Below the pieces are notes generated by a model. That model made no database searches, was not told the DNA's origin, and saw nothing but the letters and a program-made list of their open reading frames with translations. 64,000 nt of DNA from the human T2T-CHM13v2.0 reference genome, Homo sapiens. Shown one piece after another: positions 50,525 through 63,285 of the stretch (positions within the stretch are counted from its first letter, which is position 1; each line of letters starts with the position of its first letter). The position numbers were made by a program, and so were the translations under genes. The DNA lies in the NCBI RefSeq assembly GCF_009914755.1, contig NC_060935.1. The stretch is one strand, 5' to 3'.

Positions 50525-53500
50525 CCCTGCATTGGCCTGTCTCTGTCCCTTTAAACATAGCTGGCTTTCCCACGTACCATGCTTCAGCCACCACAGAGAA
50601 CCTGTGGTATCAGCCCCGCTTACACTCTGGCTTGTTGGTCCGCCAAGCCCCTGCTATGTTCCATTCACCCTCTGCTCTCATGAACTTCTGACCCCTGCCT
50701 TCATTCTCCAACCTTCTGGGTGTCCTTCCCTAATTTCCTGAAGCTCAGTTTCCCTTCTGACTCTCAGTTCTTGCTCAGCCCCTTAATTATGACTTGACCC
50801 ATCATTTGGGATTAAAAAGCATTCTGTTAATCTCCTGCTCCCAAGCAGCAGCCTGCCCTGCTGGGGATCCGGGCCCCTCCTTCCCCCCACAGACACACTC
50901 ACAGCTAGTGGGTGCACAACATTTTTGGACGCAGCCTCAGCTCCTAGCAAACACTTTTCCTGAACTCAGGGTCACTGTTGCTTAAGTCGCAGCTGGAGGC
51001 TGGCTTCAGAGCACATTGATTTTTCCCAGGGCTTTAATAATCCTGAGCTTCAGTTTGCCTATTGGCTCTTTTGTAATGCATCAGCCTCATAAAATGGTCA
51101 CTTTCGGTTAAAAGATCTTATTACTGCAAAAAGAGATGTTGAATCACACTTTCAAGGTCTCTGGTGAAATGTGATCTTTGAGACTTGTTGGCCCTGTTCC
51201 ACGGCACGAGAAAGTGGATATTAAGAAGATAAATTAGAAGTCAAAACACAGTTCTGTGTTCCCCTGTGTCTTAGGCTGAGTGTCCGTGATGAATTTTGCA
51301 AGAAAAAAATCAGAACTCCCTCTACCCACGCTGCACTCCCTGCCACCTTCAGAAGTCAGATTCTAACCTGGAGAGTCAGCAGCTCTTTATTTCAGCTCTG
51401 ACACTACCAGTATGCTAATCTCCCTGGGCAGTAATGCAGGCGCCTTCCTTCTCTCCCACAAGTCAGAGATTGGATGTACTCCTTAGCTGTCATATTTTGC
51501 AATTCTGTGCAGCTCAGCAAATCCTTATTGATCAGTTTTCTCTGTACAGGCCCAGTGTAGGTGGACAGGGGACACAGAGAAACTGGACAAGGATCCTGCC
51601 CTCAGAGCCCACAAGCCTACAGTGTGGGAGCAGTGGACAGATGGGGGTCAGAGCCCCCTCATGCCCTCAGTACTGCAGGGTTAAGATGGCAGACCCTGTG
51701 CTAAGTACTTAATGTGTATTATGTCATTGATCCTCAACTGTAATTGCTATGATCAGCTTCATTTATGATGAGAAAACTGAGGCTTAGAGAGATTAAAATG
51801 CCCAGGGCCAGTGGTGAAGCTGAGATTGAAACTGGGTAGGTCTGCCTGACTCTGAAGTTAGCTAGCCCTTTACCACATATAGGGTGCTGCCCCTTCTGGC
51901 ACCCAGATCGTTGGTGGGTTCTCTGATGGGATGGCTCTAGGAGTACGGAAGAGAAGCCCCTTACCCAGCCTGGGGTCAGATGGGCTTCAGGAATAGATTG
52001 TTGGAAGTGATGACGCTTCAGTTAGGTCTGAAAGACTGAGCAGGAGTTATTCACAGTTAAAGGCAGGTGGGAGGAGACTATGAGAATATGGGAAAGAATG
52101 AAGAGGTAACAGCAGTTACTATAAAGAGCAGAGTACATTTGGGAAGCTGTAAGTCTTTCGGGGAGTTGTGGGGACTGGGAATGTGTAGGAAAGTGTGAAT
52201 AAGGGGTAGGCAGGAAAAAGACTGAATGCTTCCTTACAGCAGAGACAAACCTTATAAGCTAGGGATCAATTCAGTAAGAGCTTTGGAAAATCCGACGTGG
52301 TGTGAGACATAAGGAGTCACAAGGAAGAGGAAGATACATTATCTTCATCAATGGAGTGGGGCTCCATCTCCCTGCTATGTTCCAGGTAGAACCTCTGGTG
52401 GTGGGCTTTGCCAATTCCGAAGGTCCTAACCGTGTGATAAGGAGGCATTACCCTGGCTTTCCCATCTGTTCCAGCTGGTACCTTCCTTCAATCTCCTGGA
52501 GTCACATCGGTCCCTCTTAGCAGCCAGCTTGTGTGCTGTCCACCATAGTGCTAGGAAAACAACACAGGAACTGAAGCCAGGTGGACTGAGTTTGAGTCTT
52601 AGCATCAACTCTGGCTAATTGTATGGCGGTGAGTAGGTCATTCACCTGCCTAAGTCTCCTTCCTTAAATGTAGAATAGGGATAATGACTCTTAACTCGCA
52701 TGTCATTAGAAGGTAAGAATTAGAATTAGAAAAAGGTACCCTTCTTCAAGACACTACTGTCATCTTCTAGCCCATGATGTGAACAGTGACCCCTAGGGCC
52801 ATGTAGGATGCTCATTATCTATTGCATAAATGATAGCTGCTAATATTATAATCATTATCATCATCTTGATGGAAAATGGCTCCAACTTGACCTTTTGGTG
52901 GGTTAGTTGGACCAGCCTGATTAATTCAGATTTCATCACAGAAGGGCAGTTCTAATCTGACCAGCTAGTATGTAATTGTGGCAACTGGTAGGGGTGAGCC
53001 AGGAGTCTTGTCTTCTTATTGGAGCTTCTTTAGCATTTGGTGTCAAAAGCTGAAGGTCGTCAAAACATTGGCTCCCTCTAAATTATTGTGCTGCCAGAAT
53101 AACTCCTACCACAGAGCAGATTGTCTCCAGCCATTGGAGATCAAAATAGAGCCTAATGGATTTAGGAAACAATCAATGCTCTCAGTGCTTCTAGAGACGT
53201 TTGCGGGTTGTAGCCCATAAAATATTAATTCTTTCTATTTGTCTTTAAGAATATATTTTATATGTTAATGCATTATTGAAAGATACTTATAATGTTAAGT
53301 GACTTAAGACAAAAGCATTGAATGACCAAATTTCTTTTTCTTTGGGATATTCATGTAAAATATAAAGACAAAACCAAATACCACTGACTGCGCCAGCAGC
53401 CACGAACTGCCAGCCTTGGAATCCAACTGTACCCCTGTAAAATGAAATTGTCTTATTGGTGTTGATAGGCAAATAAATAACTTATGTATGGCATTTGGCA

Positions 53501-53857
53501 TTTCCCACCTAATAAAATGTTTCACTGTTGGATTTACTGGGCACATTTATGAAATCACAACTGTGCAGCCAAGCTTTATTTGGCCTTAGACATTAGAGCG
53601 AGACAGGGATATGTCTGGATCTTCAATGTACAGAACGACGCAGTTGAAGGAGGAATGATCGCAAATCAAAGGAAGAAAGGGTAATCCAGAAGATGCAGGG
53701 AAAATTATTTAAGATGGACTCAGGATTCACCCACTCTGCAGGGAGCACTATGTATACATTTGCATTCTTCTGAGCGTGAGCATGTGGCATATTCCATACA
53801 AAAGCACACAAGATATGTTTCTCAGTATATTTCATGGAACACTAAATTCTAGAAGGA

Positions 53858-54113
53858 ATAATTTCCTGCACTCCTTTGGGGCCACAGACCACTCTGAAAA
53901 TTTAATTTAAATTGCAGTGCCACACTTAAGAAACATGTCACATTCACGTGCACACAAATTTCTCCCATCCAAGTACTAACCAGGCCCGACCCTGCTTAGC
54001 TTCTGAGATCAGACGAGATCGGGCGCATTCAGGGTGGTATGGTCGTAGACATGCATGCACACAAATTTCTTCATGTGATTTCTAAGGGTCCCTCATTCCC
54101 TACATAAGACATT
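53858..54113. mobile_element. MER103C-like hAT element, interrupted by a 5S pseudogene
   Basis: tttggggccacagaccactctgaaaat...gcacacaaatt [5S] ...gatttctaagggtccc. Confidence 0.6.
53961..54050 (-). pseudogene. 5S rRNA retropseudogene, nt 1-90, 3'-truncated (probably the annotated RNA5SP copy in NAV2 intron 1; symbol not verified)
   Basis: Reverse complement is GTCTACGACCATACCACCCTGAATGCGCCCGATCTCGTCTGATCTCAGAAGCTAAGCAGGGTCGGGCCTGGTTAGTACTTGGATGGGAGA, 3 differences from human 5S as I recall it; flanked by direct repeat tgcacacaaatttct. Confidence 0.96.
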
Positions 54114-54254
54114 GGACTCTGATCTAGTCCAGTAGTCTTATTTTTAACTCAAGAATGCAGAAGTCCAAAGGGGTAGTGGCCCACCCAGGGTCACACAGCT
54201 CCTGACACATCATCCTAAGGCCACCTCTCTAGATGGTAGGAGAAGGTGTTCTCT

Positions 54255-54495
54255 TAGCAATGTGCTGAGGAGCATGGACTCTGGAGCAAGACCACCTGGT
54301 TCAAATCTAGGTTTGCTACTTACTAGTGGCTTGACTTTGAACAAGTTACTTATCTTTCTGTGCCTAAATTTCCTCATGTGTAAAATAAGGATAACAATAG
54401 CACCCACTACATAGAGTCGTGGTGATTATAAATGGGCTGATACATGCAGAGCTCAGTGCTTTGAAACAGCGAACACTTTGTAAGTATTAGTTTCT
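54255..54495 (+). mobile_element. MIR SINE, near full length
   Basis: gagcatggactctggagcaagacc...cttactagtggcttgactttgaacaagttactt...tgtaaaataaggataacaatag. Confidence 0.85.
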
Positions 54496-55039
54496 ATCAC
54501 TGTGTGTCTAGAGCAAGGTCCCCTGCTATATGCTTTTGTAGCTCTTTTTGTATATTTCCTTCACAGTCTGTATTTTTACTCCTTCATTGCACTTATAGTG
54601 TAATTTATATAGCTTTTGAAATTTTTTCATTTATTTGTTTGCTTATTTTTTATTTATTTGAGTGTAAATAGATACTGCTTTATCCCCAGTACCTGGAACA
54701 ACCCCTCGCACATAGCAGGCAATCAATAGACATTTATTGGATAACAGAATGAATGCAGGAATGAATAGTCCTTATTATGATCTGTCCATGTATACTCTTG
54801 CGATTAAGTAGCATCTGTCTCCATGTGAGCATTGCTCACTGTAGTTACCTCTGTCTCTCAGCACAGTGCATGGCACATTGTGGGTTCTCAACAAATATTT
54901 GTGAACTGAATGTATGAGTAAGGAGCAGGAGAGAGTAAGAATAACAGAAAGAACATAGAGATAAGAGGGAAAAGGAGGAGAAAAAAGAATATTACTTAAG
55001 GTTCAACATTCATCCCTCATCCATTCATTACTAATGCAA

Positions 55040-55250
55040 TCGGGAGTGGCGGTGAAGAGCCCAGACTCTAGAGCTGGGCGCAAACTCCAGCTCAGCCACT
55101 TATGTTGTGTGAATTTGGGGCAACTTATTTAACCTCTCTGTGATTCTGTTTCTACATCTGAAATATGGGTTGTTAAAAGGTGATGAGTTAATCTCTGCCA
55201 AGTGCTTAGAACAGTGACAGGCAAATAGGAAGCACCCAACAGATGTCAAA
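55040..55250 (+). mobile_element. MIR SINE
   Basis: gtgaagagcccagactctagagc...tttaacctctctgtg...gtgcttagaacagtg. Confidence 0.8.
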
Positions 55251-55259
55251 TATAATAAT

Positions 55260-56400
55260 CATTTATTTGTTAAACCAGCAGCCACTTATGAAGTATCTAC
55301 CGTGTGCCAGGCCCTTGCTGGGTGCTTCAGATACATAGGAAAACCAATACACTTTTCTGGAGTGGAGGTCAGCATGCCCCAGGGGAGATAGCAAAGCATA
55401 CCAACAATGATACTCTAGTGCAATAACAGGAGATGGCAAGGGGCATAGAACCGGCACTCTTGCCAGGTCTGGGTTCAAGGTAGGAAGACACGTGGAATTT
55501 CCCAGAGAAGGGGGCTTTGAACAAAAGCTGCAGGTAAGCCTAGCAAGAGGAATGGGAGGAAGAGCATTCCATGTAAAAGGAACAACTTGTTCAAAGATAG
55601 GGAGGCATGTAGCAGCACACGATGTGGGGATCAGCAGACAGAATGGGATGCCATTTGTTCATTTAATTCATTCTATCAATGTTCATTGAGAGGCAACAAT
55701 GTGTATGGTAGGCACTGTTATGTGCACAGAGATAGTGCAGAGAACAAAACGGGCAAAGTCCTTGGTGTCATGAAGCCTCTGTTATAGTGTGGGAAGGCAG
55801 TAAATAAACAGGCATGGATGTCAGGTGCCAGGTGGCTACAAGTATGTGCTATGGGGAAAAATAAAACAGAGGAAGGGATATCGAGTGTGGGGTTAGGGGA
55901 AGGGGTGTTATTTTAGATGGGGTGGCCATCTAAAATCGGGACTCTCTGATAAGTGACATTTGTGCAGAGCCCAAGGGAAGTGAAGACTCCTTGCGTACAT
56001 GGCTCTTTAAGAGGACCATGGTCCATATAGAGAAACAGTCGTGTGCAAAGGCCACGAGGTAGTAGAAGCCTGGGAAATGGTGAAGAGGTGAGTCTGAGGA
56101 GTGAGTGAGGGGACAGTGGGAGAAGGTCAGGCAAAGGTGGGGGCAGATTCTGTTGGCCTTGTGAAGATAAGGTGGAGGCCTTGAGTACAAGGTGCGAGAC
56201 AGAGAGGTTGGGGGCCCAATTGCTCGGGGCCCTGGCATAATCTTTGCCAAGGGAGTGGGCTTTCTTCATGGAGGGGGAGATCATGGAAAGATTTTAATTG
56301 TGAACGATGTGATCACATTGTATTTGAGGTTGAGAGTTTCTTGGAGTTCACTGGAGTCAAGTGAGGTGCACCTGGGTCACTCAGATGAGAGAGGAGGAAG
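55260..56400 (-). mobile_element. Two adjacent L2 LINE fragments
   Basis: L2 3' tails at ~55260 and ~55655; ctctctgataagtgacatttgtgcagag; agaaacagtcgtgtgcaaaggcc. Confidence 0.7.
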
Positions 56401-59214
56401 GCCTGAACTTGGCAAGGGAGCAGAGCTGAATGCACGTCAGGCTTCTTGCCTACTGGTGAGTTCTCCTCTCTCCAGCACCTCAGCAGTGCCTCACTGCGAA
56501 TAAGCATCTCCTCCTGAATTGAGTTGTGGGTGGGAAAGATCAGAATTCATTGGCCTATGAGGCCAATAGTGAGAAATCAACCTTCAGCTTTCTGTGGATG
56601 CTTTTATAGATATAGTTTCTGCAATAGGTACTGAATAGTGAGTCTTTTTTTTTGAGTATGGTATACTGCATTGCAAATCAGATTATTTTTTAAAAAATTA
56701 ATGGCATCTGTCATTTTAAAAAATTGTAAATGCGCCTCTGTGCCTGCTCTCAGAAAACACTAACTCTTAATTTTTATGCTAAATCGAGTGATCACAACCC
56801 AAGAGCTCAGCAATTTTGCACTTTAAACATTTACTCTGATTTATTTCCTTCCAATGAATTCATGATTAAATTTTAAACTCACACTCCTATTCAGCAGGGA
56901 ATCATAGAACGGAGGGTAAAACAACTTTTTTTTCTTTTTTTAAGTGTTAATCTGGAAGGCCTGTCTGTCTGGTCTTCAAAGCCCCACTGCCAAGTGGCTG
57001 GTTGCCTTCCCTCCTCTCTCTGTGCTCTCTGTCTGGAGTTCCAGTTATACGAGGCAGTGTACAAGGACTGTGGACCAAGGACAGAGGCAAAAGGCAGCTA
57101 ACTTTCATAAATATTTTGTCCCTGGTCCGTGGAAGACAGGAATTAGTATTAACTGTCCTAGAAAAGCCCAGAATCCTGATGCCCCTGAGCGTTCATGAAT
57201 AAGAAAAGGAAAACTCATTCACAAGTACACGAAGGCTGCTGGTCTTAGACCCCACCAGGCATATGCTCTGCCAAGTGAGTGGGCTCTCTTCGTGGATGGG
57301 GAGATCATGGAAAGGAACAAGATCATTATTTCCCCCAAACAAATAGGGAAGCAGATGTTTGGGAGGTGCCTGCCAGATATTGATTGTTTTTCACCCAAAT
57401 TCTGACATTGGACTGGCTCCCTCCCCTTCTCCTTTCCCACCTGGGTCTCTCGTCTTCCCCTTCATGATAAATGATCCCTTCCTTTCTGTAGCAGTTGCTT
57501 CTGTTCTCCACTGAGTTCTTTCCGCAGTCAGGGCTGTATTTATCTGAATACGAAGGAGTAACATGAGGCTGCTGAAAGGTGTGTGTGTCCTGAGAATTCC
57601 TCCTTCGGTATACTGTTAGAAAACCATCCGTCTCCCTTGCATACTCATGAGGTGCTTGAAAACACCACTCTGTTGAAAGACAGTTTGACACAGTGAGATT
57701 CAGACAGGCCTAGATTGAAAGCAGTATTGTCACTTCCTGACTTTTACATTGGATTGAGTTATTAAATCTTTCCAGGTCTCAGTCCCATCTGTAAAATGGG
57801 ATTGACAGTACTTGCTTTGTAATATCTGTGCATGTGCCCAGCACAGAGTGGGATCAGGGAACATGATTGTTCTCATTTTCTCTCTTCTTATTAGGCCTTT
57901 GAGTAAAAGCACTGGGTCTCCAAAAAGAGCCCTGTAAAAATGCCAAAGTGTTATCTAGGAGGGATGCCATAGTCATCGCCCATAATTATCTTGGTTTGGA
58001 TTGCTAATTTGATAAACAAGACAGGGTCACTGGGACAGAGTAGCAGAAGCATGGCATTGGTCGGTGGGGAAGGGAGGGATAATGTAATTTGATGCTGGAT
58101 ACAAAGAAATAAATACCAAAAAAGAGCTATGAGGTGCCTGGTAGGTAGGGAGAGGTGAAACGTATTGTCTACTTCTGTGGTCAGCCCAGGCTGGCTTGGC
58201 TTTTGTATTCTCCCCCCAGGTTACAGCTGGCGGGAAACTTGTGCCACCTGGTAGCCTGCTAAGCTTGAGGGAGCACACACTGTGGACTCATCCTGAGTTT
58301 AAATCTGTGCATGGCCACCTACTGGCTAGGTAAGCTTGGACAGGTGGCTCTATTTTTTCTGACCCACAGTTTCCTCATCTGCTAAATGAGGGTCCTGTCT
58401 AATAGGACGTGGGAAGACTAAACAATACGAATGGGGAAGCACCGTGCAGAACGGCAAGATGCTAAGCAAACTGTGGAGGAGAGCGTTTTCCAGAAGAGGA
58501 AAAGGGAACATAGAAACAGCAGGTGACTTGGCCTAAAGTCATGGGGTAGACAGAGCCGAGGCCATGGCTGTCTCTCCTCCAGGCTGGGCTTCTCAGAAGC
58601 TTGCTGATACTTCTCTGGTATCCCTGCCCCGCCAATGAAGTTATACATTCCCTTGAGATGGGCTCATGTCCCCGGGAGGCTCTTCCTCTTTCCCCTCATC
58701 CAGCCTTCTTTTTTCTCAATTAACTAAGCTTTTTGTTCTCTTGGAATCTCTGTCGTCACCACTGGCTTATAGAGGATCTGGGCTTCCCTGCCCCATCTCC
58801 CTATAGCCAACAGGGTCTGCTTAGTTCCCGGCCCTTGAAACTCACCCATGAATGCAGCAGCATATATTCATGATAGTTTAAGGAAATTCCTTAATATCAC
58901 CTCTTCTCCTGACTGCTCCTGATTCTCTCTCACCTCTCTGACTCCAAACTTCTGGGCCACACACCAAATGCCATGCCCACTTCTACTCCCCTATTTTGGG
59001 GTAACTTCCAAACTCCCTTTCAGGAATTGTGTTTGGGACCTGTATGGCTTTTAACTTTGTTAACTCATTTAATCTCTCCTTCCTGGTGCCAGATGGAGGC
59101 TCATTTGGATGGAGGCAGGGAGGAGATGGAGGTCCTGACCCTACTTGGCAGGATGTGTGTGTGGCCCACTTAGGACAGCTGCCTCCTGCCAGTGCAAAGA
59201 TTCTTTCTCTGCAT

Positions 59215-59680
59215 ATTTACTCATTCATTTCATAAATAGTTTTGAGCATCTACTCCGTTTCAGGCATTTTGCAGGGTACTGGAAAGACCACAAACAAGGC
59301 AGCCCCTGCCTCTATGGAGTTAGAATCTAGAGGCAGGGACCAAGGCATCAGCAACACAGCTAAACAGAGCCGTGCTGAGAGAGGCTGACAAGCAGCACCG
59401 AATGCCAACTTAATGGTGGTCAGAAAAGACTTCCTGGAGGAAGCCGATCTCAGCTGAGACACAAAGGATGACATGTGCAAAGAGGATGGCATGTGCAAAG
59501 GCCTACAGATATAGCCCGAGGGTGGAATACAGGTGGGAGCAGAGTTAGGTGGTGTAAGCAGGTGCGAGAACATGGGAGGGTTTGTAAGCATGCGGAAGAG
59601 TTTGACGTTCACCAGTGGACAATGGGATTTGCATTTTGGAGATATCTCTGTGGCTGCTGTGTAGAGACTGGAGCCAGCCA
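59215..59680 (-). mobile_element. L2 LINE 3' region
   Basis: tcattcatttcat tail; ggtcagaaaagacttcctggagg; ggcatgtgcaaaggcc. Confidence 0.75.
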
Positions 59681-60639
59681 CTGAGGCCCTGTGGTCACAG
59701 GTGACTTCAGCCTTTGGGACTTGTATTCTTTAGAGAATTCCCCACCCACCCATAGCCCCCGCATGCCCCCCTTCCAACTTGCTACCTTAAAAAGCAATCG
59801 CCAGCCTTCTTTCCCTTCCACACTCGGCATTTTGTGTGTCCCGGGCTTTGTCCAATCAGCACTGTCTGGCTTAGCGGTGCTCCCGTTCTCCGGCTGGGGC
59901 ATGATAATGCGTGTTGTCCTTTGTTTCATTGTTCAAATATGTGTCTGCGATGTGGTTGGGACTGATAAGTAAAGAAAATTGTGTAGCTTAACAGCAGACA
60001 TTTCATGACCTCAGGAGCCCCCCAAGATGCGTACTCCCAGCAAATTGTCGGCAAGCCCATTTATCACCGTGCTGACCTGGGACTTTGTGCACATTTCCCT
60101 ATGAAAACAGCCCAGTGCCGTCAGTTCCCATCTGCCCCAATGCCACTGTAATGAAGCGAGCTTTAACTAACCCTGGTACCCACTGAGCGGCCTCATCACA
60201 AATGGCTTTCGAGATGCAGACACCTGCACGTGGGGATGCATCCTCTTTCTAATGGTGGATTTGTGTGGAAATCCAATACACATTGAAGCTTTATTTATTT
60301 TTGGCTTAGGTAATTGGAGAGCATTAATTATTTATATTCCATGTTGCAAGCAGGCAGGGAAAGGGCAGGAAAGGGGAGGCTGGGAGGGGAACAGCAGACC
60401 CATTGAGATCATGGAAAGGAGCTAAAATATTCTGAACCTTGGTTACATCTGAGTAATTGTGTGCAGTCACTCCAGATAATTTTTGCTAGAAATATTGTAT
60501 GTGGTTTCCCATAAACTGTTTTGTGTCTGCATCAAGGCAAAATGAAAATGTATCATTGTTTGGGAATCGCCTTGGCAGTTCAGGTCCTGCTACCTCAAAA
60601 CTCATTACCCTCCATCCTCACAACTTTAGTGACAAAAGC

Positions 60640-60850
60640 AAACTGCAATATATTTACGCCTGCCAGGTTCTGTGCTGAGATCACAGTAAATGTTGCACTC
60701 ACTTGAACCTCACAACAACCTTGTGAATTGTCTGTTGAATTATTATCCCTATTTTACAGATGAGAAAACTGAGGCTGAAAGAGATTAAGAATTCTGCCCA
60801 AGGTCACTGCCAGTGAACGGCAGAGCCAGAATTCGAGCCTGGGCCTGGCT
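60640..60850 (-). mobile_element. MIR SINE
   Basis: ccctattttacagatgagaaaactgaggctg...tgcccaaggtcac...gcagagccagaattcga. Confidence 0.85.
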
Positions 60851-62409
60851 GATGCAAACTTTACAGCCTCTTTTTTCTGGCGGGGTGGGGGGATGTTAAT
60901 ACTCCAAACTGAAGACAGCCCTCCTGCCCCCGAGAACTCGGGAGTCCCACTGGGGTTTTAAGCTGCATGGTAGGATCAGGATGGAGAAGTGGATAGAGTT
61001 CCCTCTTTCATACTTGGCTTTCTTCATGAGCTGTGAAGCTAAAGGTTACCCTGTTAATTAAATGGGGGGTGGGGAGAGGGGGGCTCTTGGAGGATCAGTG
61101 GCAAAGTGACTCCAATTACGTCCTTAATGAGTATGTTAAGCCATGTAAATCACATGTCTTTTTTTTCCCCTTTGGGAACATCAGCTTCCCTTGGTGAGCA
61201 AATCATTGGCCCACCCCATGTCAGCCAAGCCTTTGGGAAACTAGAAAGATGGTGGATTTATTCTGAAAATGCAAAAGTCTAAATGATGCTTGAGGGTTTA
61301 AAAAAGAGAAAGTAAGAAAGAAAAGAATGCTTTCCTCAATCACTGGTGTTTTATGTGATTTTCAGATTTAACAAAGCATGGAGACTAATTTAAGCATTGT
61401 TTTTCTGGTCTTTCATTAACAGAACTTGATTTCTTTTTGAACCTTCTCATCACTCCCAGTCACTCTCTAAGCACTCAGCCTTGCTCTTGGGTGGTGGGTG
61501 GAGTCCTGAAGCTCTCTCTTCTCCTTCCATCTCTTGGATTTAGATAGCTCTTGGCTGCTTGGAGGGGCCTTGGCAAGGTTGAGAGGGAAAGAAGGAATGC
61601 AGCACTAGAGGCCTGTCCTTTCTAAGTGGAATGGTGAAGGCTGTCAGCAGAAGGACTCCAAGACTGTCTGGTCTGAGCGGCCGTTCATTCCTTTGGCAAA
61701 TATCCACAGAGCTCCCGTGATGCTGCAGGCACCATGCCCCAGGATTCACCTTCACTATTTAATTTAGTTCTCTCCAAAACTCTTGGAGGTGGACTTATGG
61801 CCCTGTCTCCATTCTAAAGATGAAGAAACTGAGACTCACAGAGGGTGGTTACTCACTTCAGGTCACACGAATCTTCTGTTGTAGAGCTGGTATTTGAACC
61901 CAGGTCTTGTTTGACACCAAAGTTTGAGATTTTTTAATCTACCCAGAGTTGGAGAGAAATGACTGAGCACTCTGGGCTGAGACAGGCGGCTCAGGATTCA
62001 GTGGGAAGAAGTGGGAGCCCTGGCCCAACTCGGGGCTAGGAACTTCTCTGGGACGCTCTCCTGGTCTACTGTAAACAGGAGACAGGACCCCACTAGGTGA
62101 GGCCCCAGGATGTCCACAGCTTCTCCCTGCCAATCCTTTGTGGAGCTGCTTTTCCACCCTACCCATTTCCTGCCCTGCTTCACGGGGGCAGACAGAGGTG
62201 GTCCTCCCTGAGTAATGGGGACCTTTCTGAGAGCTATAGAACATGCAGAGGCAGCCTTAACTGCGTTATAAAGGTGGCAAACTTTTTGTTTCGCTTCCTC
62301 CTCTGGGCCCTTTCCTCCCTTTCATCTTCCCTTTCATATGGAATTTCATTCTGACTCTGCTGGTTTCCATCTAAGCCCTGCCTGATTATATATTCAACAC
62401 ACGCTTAAA

Positions 62410-62635
62410 TAATGTTAAGTGTGCCCTGCACTATTCTAAGCACTTTACAAATATGAATTCATTTAATCTCCATACCAACTCTACTAAGTAGCAGTTATTA
62501 TCTCTATTTTACAAATAAGGAAACCAAGGCATGGAGAGGCTAACTACCTTATCCAGGGTCACGCAGTCATTATCTGGCTAAGCTGGGATTTGAACCCAGG
62601 GGATTTGGCTCTAGCATCTGTACTCCTGGCCACTA
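62410..62635 (-). mobile_element. MIR SINE
   Basis: ttctaagcactttacaaatatgaattcatttaatc...gctgggatttgaacccagg. Confidence 0.85.
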
Positions 62636-63124
62636 CATTGTGCTGATGCTTCTGATGACTCCTGTTATAGGATATTCTCATTTTTTTCTTTGTGTTAGAA
62701 AGAAAAGCATGTAAAACATAACTAATGAAGGTATAATAGATAGAATGACATGCCATAGGAGGTAGGGACTCTGTGTGTCCTTCATGACATTCATCCCTGC
62801 AGCCAGTGTTTCCAGGGATCATGGGGAAGAAGAAGGGCAGGCTGGTGTATATACTTGTTTGCAGTTTTGAGCCCCTATTCTCAAGGCTCAGCTTGGGTTC
62901 CAGGATCAATTGTTTATTTTTTGTTTGTTTGTTTGTTTGCCAATGAAGAGAATCATGGATGTGTGCACAGAGAGCAGCTTGACATCAAATCTTTCTTTAG
63001 CTAGTCTGAAATACAGGGAACCCATGTTGTTGGGGCTAGAGGGACCCTGGGACACCTCTGTTGCATGGGAAAGGCTCCCCTATCTCCCTTTTCTTTTGCA
63101 TTCCTCCAGGGCATTGGCACAGCA

Positions 63125-63285
63125 ATTGGCACACACGGGCATGCCAGTCACCTGGAGGCCTTTTTTAAACCCAGGTTGCTTGACCCCACCCCCAGAGTTT
63201 CTGATTCATTGCAGCTAGGTGAGTCCTGAGAATCTGCCGCAACAAGGTCCCAGGTGATGCTGCTGCTCTGGGGACTACCACTGCA
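63125..63285. mobile_element. MER5A-like hAT-Charlie
   Basis: tcacctggagg...ccccaccccagagtttctgattca...cccaggtgatgctgctg. Confidence 0.75.

Noticed and set aside
58239-58258. CTCF-like GGCTACCAGGTGGCAC (minus)
   Set aside because: Mismatch at a near-invariant C of the core motif.
60405-60420. 16-mer gagatcatggaaagga shared with 57301-57316
   Set aside because: About one chance 16-mer match is plausible within 64 kb, and the flanks do not align.
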